A DNA stretch of 64,000 nucleotides from Spirochaetia bacterium (GCA_965203515.1 OZ241907.1:2688001-2752000), one strand, 5' to 3'; numbered from the stretch's first letter, positions 9,558 to 21,195 are shown. Notes: generated by a model not told the origin, from the sequence alone. Program-made: numbers and translations.

Positions 9558-10058
9558 TCACTGGAGCCCGACGACCGAAATGACGATGCCGAGGACCACG
9601 AACGCCACGGTGCCCATCCACTGGAGCGCGGTGAAGCGCTTGTTGATGTCCTCGAAGCGCCTGTTCATGTCCTCGAAGCGTTTGTCCACCGCCGCGAAGC
9701 GCTTGTCGATGTTGGCGTTCATCTCCTCGAAGCGCTTGTTGATGTCCTCGAAGCGCCTGTTCATGTCCTCGAAGCGCTTGTCCACCGCCTCGAAGCGTTT
9801 GTCGACCGCCTCGAAGCCCGCCTGCATCAACTCGCGGAGGGCCTTGAACTCCTGCGCCGTGCGTTCTTCGGACCGCGCCAAGTGTTCCTCGACCCGGGTC
9901 AGGTTCTCTTCGATGCGGGAGATGAGCTTTTGCGTGTCGGCCGCGTAGTTGGGTGCGGTCTTGATCAGCATGGCCGGCAGCACGCGTTCGACACGCTCGT
10001 CGACACGCTTGTCGATATGCTCAATCATGATCTGCAGATCCGTATCGGTGAGCGCCAA
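9558..10058 (-). CDS. KRF-repeat coiled-coil TM protein (8 modules, TTG start)
   Basis: Paralog of 6384-6920. Confidence 0.85.
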   Translation of the reverse strand: MALTDTDLQIMIEHIDKRVDERVERVLPAMLIKTAPNYAADTQKLISRIEENLTRVEEHLARSEERTAQEFKALRELMQAGFEAVDKRFEAVDKRFEDMNRRFEDINKRFEEMNANIDKRFAAVDKRFEDMNRRFEDINKRFTALQWMGTVAFVVLGIVISVVGLQ

Positions 10059-10608
10059 GGGTCCGTCCTCTTCAAGTCACCATACCGCGAAGCGCGCCAC
10101 CGGGCAAGCTCAGGGCCGATCAGGTCGATGGTAGGGCAGCGTGCCGGCACCGGGAGGCGACGAGGCACTGGCCGGAGCCGAGAGGATCACGTGGTGGTCC
10201 GGCCGGCAGCGGCGCGCCTGGGCAGGGTGATGTCGTCGCGGCGCACCTGGTCGGCGGCCTGCATCAGACTCGTCGCCTGCTCGGCGTGCACGACCACCGC
10301 TTCCAGGTCCGGGACCCGTGGAGAAGGCAGGATGCTTTGATCAGTTGGTGCTGATGAACTGCTGGACGCGCATCATGCCGTGTCGTGCTGCGCTGCCAAG
10401 GGCCGGACCGGGTATAGCCGGCAGAACCGGGCGCCCCGTCAAGATCGTGTGGTCGGGCACCCGCCAGGCGCGCCGGTCGCGACTACGACAGGCGGCTCGC
10501 GGCGGCACCGGTGCGGGCACTGTTCCTCGGCCTTACACGTCGCCGTCGCTGACCGTCGGTCTTTCGAGTCTGAGTTTGATCCCCGGCTGGTCCCAGCCGG
10601 CGCTATCG

Positions 10609-11052
10609 TCACTGGAGCCCGACGACCGAAATGACGATGCCGAGGACCACGAACGCCACGGTGCCCATCCACTGGAGCGCGGTGAAGCGCTTGTTGATGT
10701 CCTCGAAGCGCCTGTTCATGTCCTCGAAGCGTTTGTCCACCGCCGCGAAGCGCTTGTCGATGTTGGCGTTCATCTCCTCGAAGCGCTTGTTGATGTCCTC
10801 GAAGCGCCTGTTCATGTCCTCGAAGCGTTTGTCCACCGCCGCGAAGCCCGCCTGCATCAACTCGCGGATGGCCTTGAACTCCTGCGCCGTGCGTTCTTCG
10901 AACCGCGCCAAGTGCTCCTCGGCGTAGTTGCCGGGCGCTGCGGATGCATCACCCTGAAGATGGCTGGGGGGTGCGGTCTCGATCAGCATGGCCGGCAGCA
11001 TGCGCTTGACATGCTCGACCACGACCTGCAGGTCAGTATCGGTGAGCGCCAT
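10609..11052 (-). CDS. KRF-repeat coiled-coil TM protein (7 modules, alternative neck segment)
   Basis: Paralog; neck ETAPPSHLQGDASAAPGNY. Confidence 0.85.
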   Translation of the reverse strand: MALTDTDLQVVVEHVKRMLPAMLIETAPPSHLQGDASAAPGNYAEEHLARFEERTAQEFKAIRELMQAGFAAVDKRFEDMNRRFEDINKRFEEMNANIDKRFAAVDKRFEDMNRRFEDINKRFTALQWMGTVAFVVLGIVISVVGLQ

Positions 11053-11526
11053 GGGGTCCGTGCCTCCTCATTCACCATATCGCGGAGCGCGCGACCGGGC
11101 AAGACTCAGGGCCGGTCAGGTCGATGGCGCGCCATGCCACTTCACGTTGCGGCGGCCGTGCGGGCGCAACGAGGCGAGACACCGGCCGAGAGGATCGTGC
11201 GTGGTGGTCCTGCTTCATCCGACGGCACGGCGCCATGGTCTGCAGGTGATCGGCAGTGACGCGGCGCGTGTTGGCGGGCGCGGCCGTCGAAACAGGGCGG
11301 TCAGCTCTGCTCGGCAGTCGGCGCGCGGGGTGTGGCAGCAAGCCGTTGATCAGCCGCAGCACCTGCGGGACCGAGCGTTACCAGGCATCGACGATCGGCG
11401 CGCACGCCGAGCGTCGAGTCTGATGCGGGCCGCCGGACCGGTGCGCCGCTACCGGGCGCCATGGTCTGCACGGTGATCGCCAGTAACGCGGTGCGCGTTG
11501 GCGAACGCAGGCCGCCGACAGGGCGG

Positions 11527-12294
11527 TCAGCTCGACGAGGTGCCGCGGCAGCAAGCCGATGACCGGCCGCAGCACTTGCTGGACCGAGGGGAGTACGTCG
11601 CTTCATGGAGACGCCAGTAGACTTCGGTTCTCTCGAGTTTCTTGTTCTGTTTGGCGAGATCGAAGGGCAATTGTTCCTTCTCGTTCTTCAACCACTGATC
11701 CGCGCCTTTGTCCAGCAGCAATTTCACGATCTCGGGATTCTTCGTCTTCGCTGCCGCCTTGTGGAGTGGCGTATTTCCTGCCCTGTCCCGCGCGTTCAGG
11801 CCAGATTCACTCTTACATATCAAGGTCCTTATGACTTCCGTATCTTTGTTCTTCGCCGCCGCAATATGTAGCGCCGTGCGGCCTTTGCAGTCCCTTGCGT
11901 CCGGAAAGAAATCAGCGCCTGCCGACAACAGTGACGACACAACTTCGACAGCATGGTCGTGATGCAGCGCTGCTGCAACGTGCAGTGGTGTCAAACCATC
12001 CTTGTTTCGAGCGTTGCAGTCAGCACCAGATTTGACCACCAGTTTCTCGACAATACAAAGTGCTTTCCGGATATCAGAATCGCTGCTGAGACCCACCGCA
12101 ACGTGCAGCGGAGTCCAGCCGTCTCTGCTACTCTTATTTACCAGATGCTTCTTTTGGGTATCGCATAGCAGCTCCGTTACTTTGTCAGGATTGCCGGACG
12201 CTACCGCAGCATGAAGATCAGTCCAGCCGTATTGTTTATGAAGCTCCTTGTTACATGCGGTTCGCAGATGCATTTGGATCAGGTCGATATCCAT
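11527..12294 (-). CDS. Ankyrin-repeat protein
   Basis: Repeated GWTPLHVAV/GLTPLHVAA/GRTALHIAA/GNTPLHKAA; overlaps FRG gene end. Confidence 0.9.
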   Translation of the reverse strand: MDIDLIQMHLRTACNKELHKQYGWTDLHAAVASGNPDKVTELLCDTQKKHLVNKSSRDGWTPLHVAVGLSSDSDIRKALCIVEKLVVKSGADCNARNKDGLTPLHVAAALHHDHAVEVVSSLLSAGADFFPDARDCKGRTALHIAAAKNKDTEVIRTLICKSESGLNARDRAGNTPLHKAAAKTKNPEIVKLLLDKGADQWLKNEKEQLPFDLAKQNKKLERTEVYWRLHEATYSPRSSKCCGRSSACCRGTSSS

Positions 12295-13460
12295 GGGTTT
12301 CCTCCGGGTACCTTTGCGTGGGGGGCGTTGTTTCGGCGCTCGGTTTCTTTGACGATCGCCTCCGCGGATTTGACCAGCTCCGGGAACAGAGTCTCCTCCG
12401 AGATGTTCAGAGATTGCAGTTCTTCGCGAATCGATGGCTTGCTCTTGGCCTTCACTCTCAAGCGGTAGTAGTTGTAGGGTACGTCGCTGTCGTTCGGTCG
12501 GTACCGGCTGTTCCGGTCATGCGCTTCCTTGCTTTCGAAGTCGAATCGCTTGTGGTGCGCCGATACGAGGAAGGCTCCTGACTGCGCTATGACGCGCGGA
12601 AACAGCTGGCGCGGCTGCACGATGAAGATGCGGAACAGGTCTCGCGGTTTGATCAGACCCTCGACGAAGTATGGCTTTTCCTGCTTGATGAAGGTCCAGA
12701 GACGGCCCATGTCGAAGTAGCGGCCGCGTGCTTCGTTCTCCGGGCGGAGGGAACGATCCATGTATTCGGCGTAGTCCCTGACTTCTTCGATATCCTCGCC
12801 GTCGTTGCTCATAATACACTGGCGGTGATCGACGAAGGCGCCTCGTTTCGACAGAAACTTCTTCGTCTTCTTCAGAATCGCCTTTCGCTCGTCTCTGCGG
12901 AGTCGCGCGAAGTTGGCGATGATGCTCACGGAGTCGCTGTCGTACGGCTTGACGCACTCCCGCGTCGTCGCGAAGACGTAGAGAAGACCGTCGTCTTCTT
13001 TCTTCGATCCGTCGTCCTTCGGTTCGCCACAGGCGAAGTGCAAGCCTACCAGGGGATTCGTGGAGATATCGAGGAACCGCGTGCAAAGGCCGTGATGTTG
13101 CGCGAGCATCCACCGGTCGAGTGCTGACGGGAACCTGGAAAACTCGTCAGGATGCCTCGTCATCAGGTCGCGCAGCATCTCTCCTTCGTATCTGCGACGA
13201 TTCTCTTTTGCCTGCGACTCCTTCTCCTGCATGACGGACGGTACGAGATCGTAGGTGGCGTTGTTCAGGCCGCGATAGTACCGCAGAGGCTGGTCGGCCT
13301 CCCGTTTCTTGATCTCTTCGATGTTGGACAGCAGCGTCGATACGCAATCGATGGGCGGCAGGTTCGGCGGCCCGCCGTGGTTCGGCATTCCGTGTGACAC
13401 GTGCTCGACCCCGCCGGCAGACTCAGCGCGTGGCCGCGCCGCGCCGTAGGCGGTCGTCAA
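12279..13460 (-). CDS. FRG-domain protein (start uncertain, possibly MPNHGG)
   Basis: YYRG..LVPSV, LAQHHGLCTRFLDISTNPLVGLHFAC, RVIAQSGAF, LNISEETLFP. Confidence 0.88.
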   Translation of the reverse strand: MTTAYGAARPRAESAGGVEHVSHGMPNHGGPPNLPPIDCVSTLLSNIEEIKKREADQPLRYYRGLNNATYDLVPSVMQEKESQAKENRRRYEGEMLRDLMTRHPDEFSRFPSALDRWMLAQHHGLCTRFLDISTNPLVGLHFACGEPKDDGSKKEDDGLLYVFATTRECVKPYDSDSVSIIANFARLRRDERKAILKKTKKFLSKRGAFVDHRQCIMSNDGEDIEEVRDYAEYMDRSLRPENEARGRYFDMGRLWTFIKQEKPYFVEGLIKPRDLFRIFIVQPRQLFPRVIAQSGAFLVSAHHKRFDFESKEAHDRNSRYRPNDSDVPYNYYRLRVKAKSKPSIREELQSLNISEETLFPELVKSAEAIVKETERRNNAPHAKVPGGNPWIST

Positions 13461-13617
13461 ACATCCTCGCCGTCCTCTCGGCCGACCACTCGCCGCGGCG
13501 CCTCGATGCCCGGCATCCCGCCGTACCGTTCCTGGTCACGCAGGGCGCCAGCGTAGCCTTTGCTGACGCAGGCGCCGCCATCGTCAGGGCGCCATACCAC
13601 ACGAAACCCGGATGCGG
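13350..13617 (-). mobile_element. Decayed ISL3 left-end/5' transposase remnant
   Basis: 13500-13615 aligns with 21078-21195 including CCACACGAAACCCGGA. Confidence 0.75.
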
Positions 13618-13656
13618 CCTCTTCATCGCCAAGCGTCAACTCCATCAGCAGGGCCG

Positions 13657-13685
13657 ATCATATCTGATCGCGCGGCCACGGTCAA
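13657..13685 (-). promoter_or_regulatory. Sigma70-like promoter TTGACC-N17-TATGAT
   Basis: Copy of 9239-9268 module. Confidence 0.6.
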
Positions 13686-14335
13686 CGCAGGCGCGTTGCC
13701 GCACAAATCCATCGAGCGGGAAGTTGCGCCTCATCCAATTCCTCTGAATGCTCATCAACGAACTTGTCCACACATTCCGTAAGTATGTCTCTGCTGTCGC
13801 CCCTCTGAGCCAAGAATGTCTCGGCTTCCGATTTTTCCCACTTCACAGTAGTATCTGACTCCCGCATGAGAGCCGGTGATTGGTTCTTGCTGCTCGTTGC
13901 AATTCCAATCAAGTGAACGCGGACGCCGAAACTCTGGGCAATCTGTACGCCAGTTCTTGTATCTTCGTCTCCGGACAGCAGGACGGCGTCCGAAACGGCG
14001 CGATTGCGGGCCAAGTCGATCAGATCCGTGACAATCAGGGAGTCTACACCTTTCTGCTTACCATAGGGAGTGACGACACCCAGGCGCAGCTTTACGTCAT
14101 TTGTATCAGCAATATTTCTGTGTTCGCCTGATAGTTCCCCCGCTAATGCACCATCGTACCAATAGATGCGCAGCAGCTTCGCGCCGTCGGTTAACTCGCA
14201 GGCCGTCTCTTTCAGTTTGTCGATCACAGCCGAAACGTCAAGTTGTAGGTTGGATCGAGGTAGCGTCTGGCCGAAATGGGCGTCCGAGCCGGCTGCATAC
14301 AAATATCCGGCGTCGACAAAGACAGCAACGCGCAT
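13682..14335 (-). CDS. NYN (LabA/PIN-like) domain ribonuclease, C-terminus possibly truncated
   Basis: VFVDAGY, RIYWYD, QKGVD, LLSGDED; stop lies inside the -35 box of the promoter module. Confidence 0.88.
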   Translation of the reverse strand: MRVAVFVDAGYLYAAGSDAHFGQTLPRSNLQLDVSAVIDKLKETACELTDGAKLLRIYWYDGALAGELSGEHRNIADTNDVKLRLGVVTPYGKQKGVDSLIVTDLIDLARNRAVSDAVLLSGDEDTRTGVQIAQSFGVRVHLIGIATSSKNQSPALMRESDTTVKWEKSEAETFLAQRGDSRDILTECVDKFVDEHSEELDEAQLPARWICAATRLR

Positions 14336-14519
14336 AGTAACCCCAGTGGGACAATATAGTAGGAGGGCCCCCGTAGGGACCCTCTATTGGCCCCCGCTCC
14401 AACCTATGTAGGGAGACGCTGGACCATCGCCAACATACCTCACGACCGAGAGGCTGTCAAGGCTGTGGATTGATTGGTCGTTGGTCTGTCGGCCTCACCG
14501 AGTTGCGCCGCAGTCTCTC

Positions 14520-14620
14520 CATGGCGTCCGCCAGGCACTGCTGGCGGCGCTCGGCGAGTCCGAGGTCTGCCGACGCATGGTCGGACTGCTGGCGCTAGCG
14601 CACGATCAGAATTGCGAAGC
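14520..14620 (+). pseudogene. IS21 istA C-terminal fragment
   Basis: ALLAALGESEVCRRMVGLLALAHDQNCEA resembles IstA C-terminal region. Confidence 0.55.
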
Positions 14621-14630
14621 CGGCCCTGGG

Positions 14631-15002
<372 letters not shown>

Positions 15003-15280
15003 TAGCCTTGCTCTCTCGGTGCGATTTTATCCGGGATTCCAGCGACGAGATAATGTGAGATACAACACCCAGGGCCGGACCGGGTAGCGGCAGCCGGCAG
15101 AACCGGGCAGCCCGTCAAGATCGTGGTCGGGCGCCCGCCAAGCGCGCCGGTCGCGACTACGACAGGCGGCTCGCGGCGGCACCGGTGCGGGCGCTGTTCC
15201 TCGGACCTTACCCGACGCCGACCGTCGGTCTTTCGAGTCTGATCCCCGGTTGGTCCGTTGGTCCCAGCCTCGCGCTATGG

Positions 15281-15610
15281 TCACTGGAGCCCGACGACCG
15301 AAATGACGATGCCGAGGACCACGAACGCCACGGTGCCCATCCACTGGAGCGAGGTGAAGCGCTTGTTCATGTCCTCGAAGCGCTTGTCCACCGCCGCGAA
15401 GCCCGCCTGCATCAACTCGCGGAGGGCCCTGAACTCCTGCGCCGTGCGTTCTTCGAACCGCGCCAAGGGCTCCTCGGCGTAGTTGCCGGGCGCTGTTGCG
15501 GATGCGTCACCCTGAAGATGGCTGCGGGGTGCGGTCTCGATCAGCATGGCCGGCAGCATGCGCTTGACATGCTTGATCACGACCTGCAGATCCGTATCGG
15601 TGAGCGCCAT
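15281..15610 (-). CDS. KRF-repeat coiled-coil TM protein (2 modules)
   Basis: Shortest paralog, alternative neck. Confidence 0.8.
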   Translation of the reverse strand: MALTDTDLQVVIKHVKRMLPAMLIETAPRSHLQGDASATAPGNYAEEPLARFEERTAQEFRALRELMQAGFAAVDKRFEDMNKRFTSLQWMGTVAFVVLGIVISVVGLQ

Positions 15611-15859
15611 GGGTCCGTCCTCTTCAAATCACCATAACCGCGGAACGCGCGACCGGGCAAGGCTGGAGTTGTCCCGGTTTGGTGGACGGGTCAACTCCGC
15701 GCCGCCGCCATGGCGTTGGCCCGTCAATCCGACCGTGCCCGCCTTCGGGGTTACGGAGGGGTGATCGTGACCGTACTCCGGGGCGTCCCTCTCCCCTCTC
15801 GATGGATCACTTGACCTTCACCCGCTCGGTGGCGTTCGGTCGCCATTCGCCGCGCATTC

Positions 15860-16060
15860 TCATCTTTGATTGTCGCTGGACAGCCTTCTCTCAAGTTCGG
15901 CCAAACGCGCTTCGGCCGCCTCCGCGCGAGCCTCCGCCTCACGGCGTCGGTCTTCGGTCTCCGCCAAGTCCGGCAGGTCCTCCCCGCTCTGCGGATCGTG
16001 GAACCGCAGCCGCCGGCCGGCCAGACGCAACTCCAGTCCCAGCACCTCGCTCCGCAGCAC
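15860..16060 (-). pseudogene. Uma2 3' fragment (internal deletion)
   Basis: LRSEVLGLELRLAGRRLRFHDP joined directly to the Uma2 upstream region. Confidence 0.85.
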
Positions 16061-16356
16061 CGCCGCCGCGAGACCCGTGCAGAAGGGCAGGTTGCTTTGA
16101 TCAGTTTGGTGCTGATGAACGGCTGGACGCGCATCATGCCGCGTCGTGCTGCGCTGCCAAGGGCCGGACCGGGTATAGCCGGCAGAACCGGGCGCCCGTC
16201 AAGATCGTGGTCGGGCGCCCGCCAAGCGCGCCGGGCGCGACTACGACAGGCGGCTCGAGGCGGCACCGGTGCGGGCGCTGTTCCTCGGACCTTACCCGTC
16301 GCCGACCGTCGGTCTTTCGAGTCTGATCCCCGGTTGGTCCCAGCCTCGCGCTATCG

Positions 16357-16932
16357 TCACTGGAGCCCGACGACCGAAATGACGATGCCGAGGACCACGA
16401 ACGCCACGGTGCCCATCCACTGGAGCGAGGTGAAACGCTTGTTCATGTCCTCGAAGCGCTTGTCGACCGCCGCGAAGCGCTTGTCGATGTTGGCGTTCAT
16501 CTCCTCGAAGCGCTTGTCGACCGCCTCGAAGCGCTTGTCGATGTTGGCGTTCATCTCCTCGAAGCGCTTGTCCACCGCCTCGAAGCGCTTGTTGATGTCC
16601 TCGAAGCGCTTGTTGATGTCCTCGAAGCGCCTGTTCATGTCCTCGAAGCGCTTGTCCACCGCCTCGAAGCGTTTGTCGACCGCCTCGAAGCTCGCCTGCA
16701 TCAACTCGCGGAGGGCCTTGAACTCCTGCGCCGTGCGTTCTTCGGACCGCACCAAGTGTTCCTCGACCCGGGTCAGGTTCTCTTCGATGCGGGAGATGAG
16801 CTTTTGCGTGTCGGCCGCGTAGTTGGGTGCGGTCTTGATCAGCATGGCCGGCAGCACCCGTTCGACATGCTCGCCGACACGCTTGTCGATATGCTCAATC
16901 ATGACCTGCAGATCCGTATCGGTGAGCGCCAA
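16357..16932 (-). CDS. KRF-repeat coiled-coil TM protein (11 modules, TTG start)
   Basis: Longest paralog. Confidence 0.85.
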   Translation of the reverse strand: MALTDTDLQVMIEHIDKRVGEHVERVLPAMLIKTAPNYAADTQKLISRIEENLTRVEEHLVRSEERTAQEFKALRELMQASFEAVDKRFEAVDKRFEDMNRRFEDINKRFEDINKRFEAVDKRFEEMNANIDKRFEAVDKRFEEMNANIDKRFAAVDKRFEDMNKRFTSLQWMGTVAFVVLGIVISVVGLQ

Positions 16933-16986
16933 GGGTCCGTCCTCTTCAAGTCACCATACCGCGAAGCGCGCCACCGGGCAAGCTCA

Positions 16987-17535
<549 letters not shown>

Positions 17536-17702
17536 ACCGGGCGCCCGTCAAAGACCGTGGTCGGGCGCCCGCCAGGCCGGGCGCGACTACGACAGGCGGC
17601 TCGAGGCGGCACCGGTGCGGGCGCTGTTCCTCGGACCTTACCCGTCGCCGACCGTCGGTCTTTCGAGCCTGATCTCCCGGCTGGTCCCAGCCGGCGCTAT
17701 CG

Positions 17703-18185
17703 TCACTGGAGCCCGACGACCGAAATGACGATGCCGAGGACCACGAACGCCACGGTGCCCATCCACTGGAGCGCGGTGAAGCGCTTGTTGATGTCCTCGA
17801 AGCGCCTGTTCATGTCCTCGAAGCGCCTGTTCATGTCCTCGAAGCGCTTGTCCACCGCCTCGAAGCGCTTGTCGATGCTGGCGTTCATCTCCTCGAAGCG
17901 CTTGTCGACCGCCGCGAAGCCCGCCTGCATCAACTCGCGCATGGCCTTGAACTCCTGCGCCGTGCGTTCTTCGGACCGCGCCAAGTGTTCTTCGACCCGG
18001 GTCAGGTTCTCTTCGATGCGGGAGATGAGCTTTTGCGTGTCGGCCGCGTAGTTGGGTGCGGTCTTGATCAGCATGGCCGGCAGCACGCGTTCGACATGCT
18101 CGCCGACACGCTTGTCGATATGCTCGTCAATACGCTTGTCGATTTGCTCGACCACGACCTGCAGATCCGTATCGGTGAGCGCCAT
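17703..18185 (-). CDS. KRF-repeat coiled-coil TM protein (6 modules)
   Basis: Paralog. Confidence 0.85.
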   Translation of the reverse strand: MALTDTDLQVVVEQIDKRIDEHIDKRVGEHVERVLPAMLIKTAPNYAADTQKLISRIEENLTRVEEHLARSEERTAQEFKAMRELMQAGFAAVDKRFEEMNASIDKRFEAVDKRFEDMNRRFEDMNRRFEDINKRFTALQWMGTVAFVVLGIVISVVGLQ

Positions 18186-18699
18186 GGGTCCGTCCTCTTC
18201 AGATCACCATACCGCGGAACGCTCGACCGGGCAAGGCTCAGGGCCGGTCAGACCGGTCAGGTCGATGGTGCGCGAAGCCTCTTTCACGTTGCGGCAGCCG
18301 TGCCCGGCACAGCGAGGGGGAGGCGCTGGCCGAGAGCCGAGAGGATCACGTGCCGGTGGTCCGGCCGGCAGTGGCGCCGGTCGACTATGCTTCGGGCGTT
18401 GCAGATGATCGACGAGATGAAGCGGAATGCACGGATGCGGTACTCCAGAGCATCGAGCCGCCGCTCGGCTACGGACGCGACTGACCGATCCGCAGCCCCG
18501 GTTACTCCGGCACTGCCTCACGCCTGATCCGGTCCGCCGCCCACCACGCGTCAAGCCGTTTGCGAACGCCATCACGCCTCCCGACCGGCGCCGATCTGAC
18601 CGTTGCTCCGGGACCTCGACGGGGCGCCTCCCGCCGCCGCTTCCCGTGCTTGCCAACCCACGTCCCCTTGTGGCAACGTCCCGGCCGTTGCGACACCGG

Positions 18700-18753
18700 T
18701 TTTCTCATCTTTTTTGATTGTCGCTCGGTTCTCATCCTGATTGTCGCGCTACA
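18700..18753. mobile_element. Probable IS21 right end
   Basis: Two tandem TTCTCATC..TGATTGTCGC motifs ending ..GCTACA. Confidence 0.6.
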
Positions 18754-18829
18754 ATTTGCCCGCAACCCAATCCACTCGAACGCCTCATCCGAAGAATCCA
18801 CCGGCGGCCGGCCCACGAAGAATGGGTTT

Positions 18830-19462
18830 TCAAGAACTCCCGCGCGTCTTTTTCAAGAACTTGCACACGTCTGTTGAGAATCGCTTGTACCTCGTCGGGA
18901 CATGCGTCATACAAGTTTGTATCTTGGGGTGAGCGGCCAGATCAGATTCCACATTGGTATACTTCCTCACTGTGGCGAACGCTATTACTATGGCCTTCGG
19001 CTGATACTTCCAGATGAACCACTCCATGATCTCGCCGGATATCTCCCTGTCCTTATCGACAATATTGAATCGCTTGCATGGCTCCCACTGCGAGTACCCT
19101 GGCTTACCTTTCGTCCACGGACGGAACACGTAGTTGAAGAACGCAATCTCCTCAAACGAAAGTCCGTGTCGTTTCAAGACCTTGCCGATATTCCGGTAAG
19201 TAGCGATCTTATGCCGATTTCTCACGCACCAATCAGTGTCCATGTATAAATGGGCTTCGTGTTTGTACGGAACATCCTGCTGTCGCGCTTCGTACCATTT
19301 CGACGGGCAGTAATTTAAGGGAGTGACATCCTCCGGCGGCAGGTAATGGCTCTCTGCCACGATCGCCAGACGCCTCTCGCTACATTTGTAATTTGGGCCG
19401 ATCCACGGGTACATGCAGGGGAATCTGCACAGGTGATCCGGCTTCTTCATGTCTTCGTTCAT
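18830..19462 (-). CDS. Hypothetical protein, possibly UDG-like; paralog of 4351-5052
   Basis: MNEDMKKPDHL, PWIG, AESHY, IAFFNYV. Confidence 0.6.
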   Translation of the reverse strand: MNEDMKKPDHLCRFPCMYPWIGPNYKCSERRLAIVAESHYLPPEDVTPLNYCPSKWYEARQQDVPYKHEAHLYMDTDWCVRNRHKIATYRNIGKVLKRHGLSFEEIAFFNYVFRPWTKGKPGYSQWEPCKRFNIVDKDREISGEIMEWFIWKYQPKAIVIAFATVRKYTNVESDLAAHPKIQTCMTHVPTRYKRFSTDVCKFLKKTRGSS

Positions 19463-19497
19463 GTCTTGTGTGATTCCTTGCCTCCTTCTTGGAAGTG

Positions 19498-19532
19498 AAA
19501 AAGTCCGCCGGGGCGTTGGCGGTGGCGGGCTT
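19498..19532 (-). terminator. Intrinsic terminator (module copy)
   Basis: GC hairpin plus T-run on minus strand. Confidence 0.65.
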
Positions 19533-19863
19533 GTCTTGGGCGATGCGGGGTAGCGTGAGCTACTCCGCTTTCGGGGTTACGGAGGGGTGATCGTGACCGT
19601 ACTCCGGGGCGGCCCCTTGATGAATCACTTGACCTTCACCGCTCGGTGACGTTCGGTCGCCATCCGCTCTCTGAGCGCGATCTTCAAGCCGGCCTTCGCT
19701 GCTTCGCTGTTCTCTCCCAGGCTCTTGCGGCGAAGCGGGAGACGGCGCGGGGGCGCACCGATGACCGGCGCTGTGCCTTGGGTTCTCCGTTGTCGGCGCT
19801 GACCGTCTTTCGACGCGCGGTCTCCGGCCGGTCCAGGCGTCAAGATGCAGGGCTTCACTTTAG

Positions 19864-21195
19864 GGGTCTTCAGGCTTTCGTGTGGACGAGGTGGTCACGG
19901 CCGACACCGGCGGGGTAGAGATCAAGGCCGCCGAGGTGAAAGTAGATCGCGTTGCGGAACCTCTGCCGGTTGCGAAAGCCGCGCGCTGCGTACTTCAACC
20001 TCTGCACCCCCGCGTTGATCGACTCCGCCCGCGCGTTGCTCACCCCCTGCACCACCGCCGTCACGATCCCTTCCAGATGACGCTTGACCATCCGCGCTAC
20101 CCGCTTGACCGGCTCCAGACGACACCGGATCGCCGACCGGTACCACGCCTGCCACGCCTTGCGCGCCCACCCGCGAGAGCGGTACTTCCACAGCGTCATC
20201 GCATGTTCCTTGTAGCCCCAGGCGCGCGCGGTCTGCAGCGCGCTGTCCCGCAAGTCAGCGAACTGCCGCCAACGCTCGGCATCCATGTGCTCGGGGTTGG
20301 TCAGCCACGCATAGCGGCTGCCCTTCAGCCGATCATCACCGCTGCCGGCCAGCCGGCGGCTCTCGGCTCGCCGTACCTGGTCAACGGCGTTGCCGAGGTG
20401 CCGGGCGACGTGGAACTTGTCGAACGCGATCTTGAGCTCCGCGTCCGGCACGTAGGCGGCGGTCGCGATGATGTACGGCTCCCACATGTCCATGGCGACC
20501 GTCTCGACGCCAGCCAACTGCTCAGGATCAAACTGCTGGTAGAACTCCTCCAACACCTCCTTGCGGCGGCCATCGGCCACGTGCACGACGTGCCCGTCCA
20601 GATCGTTGATCACCGTCACGTACTCATGGCGCTTCTGAAACGACGTCTCGTCCACCCCGATCCGCGGCGGCAGCTGCACCTCGCGCCGCTGTAAGCCGCG
20701 GTGCACCGCGCGCTGCATCACTCCGTCGACCTCGTCCCAGCTGAGCCGCATCTGCTGCGCCACCGCCGCAATCGTGGCGTGCTGCAGCCAGTCGATCACG
20801 ACCGCCTCGCACAGCGCGGTCAGCCGCGAGCGGCCTTCGCTCCACGGCACCTCAATCTGCTTGACGCCGTGCTGCCGGCACTGAGACCGCGGTACGTCGG
20901 CAGCCAGAACCGTGCGGTACTGGCAGGTGTCCGGATGGCGCCACCGCCGTTGACGGCTGTCGTAGCGGCGCGCGGCTTGGCCGCAGTGCGGGCAGGTGAG
21001 CGGCCCGCCGTGCTCGACGTGGACCACGATCTCGCCCTGCTGAAGGTTCAGTTCGACGTCGGCCACTCGCCACGGTGCCTCGACGCCCAGAATCCTGCCG
21101 TACAGTTCCTTGTCACGCATGGCGCCAGCGTAGCCTTGCTGGCGGTGCCACCGCCACCGTCAGGGCGCCCTACCCACACGAAACCCGGAAGCCCC
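19864..21195 (-). mobile_element. ISL3-family insertion sequence
   Basis: 22-bp terminal IRs GGGTCTTCAGGCTTTCGTGTGG / GGGGCTTCCGGGTTTCGTGTGG (19/22); no target duplication seen. Confidence 0.92.
19870..21120 (-). CDS. ISL3 transposase
   Basis: CPHC zinc finger, IGVDETS, AMDMW, FDKFHV, SNARAESIN. Confidence 0.95.
   Translation of the reverse strand: MRDKELYGRILGVEAPWRVADVELNLQQGEIVVHVEHGGPLTCPHCGQAARRYDSRQRRWRHPDTCQYRTVLAADVPRSQCRQHGVKQIEVPWSEGRSRLTALCEAVVIDWLQHATIAAVAQQMRLSWDEVDGVMQRAVHRGLQRREVQLPPRIGVDETSFQKRHEYVTVINDLDGHVVHVADGRRKEVLEEFYQQFDPEQLAGVETVAMDMWEPYIIATAAYVPDAELKIAFDKFHVARHLGNAVDQVRRAESRRLAGSGDDRLKGSRYAWLTNPEHMDAERWRQFADLRDSALQTARAWGYKEHAMTLWKYRSRGWARKAWQAWYRSAIRCRLEPVKRVARMVKRHLEGIVTAVVQGVSNARAESINAGVQRLKYAARGFRNRQRFRNAIYFHLGGLDLYPAGVGRDHLVHTKA

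Noticed and set aside
11230..11590. Imperfect internal duplication (11230-11380 vs 11455-11590, also 7095-7240) as a gene
   Set aside because: Frames are broken and no family was recognised; treated as decayed sequence.
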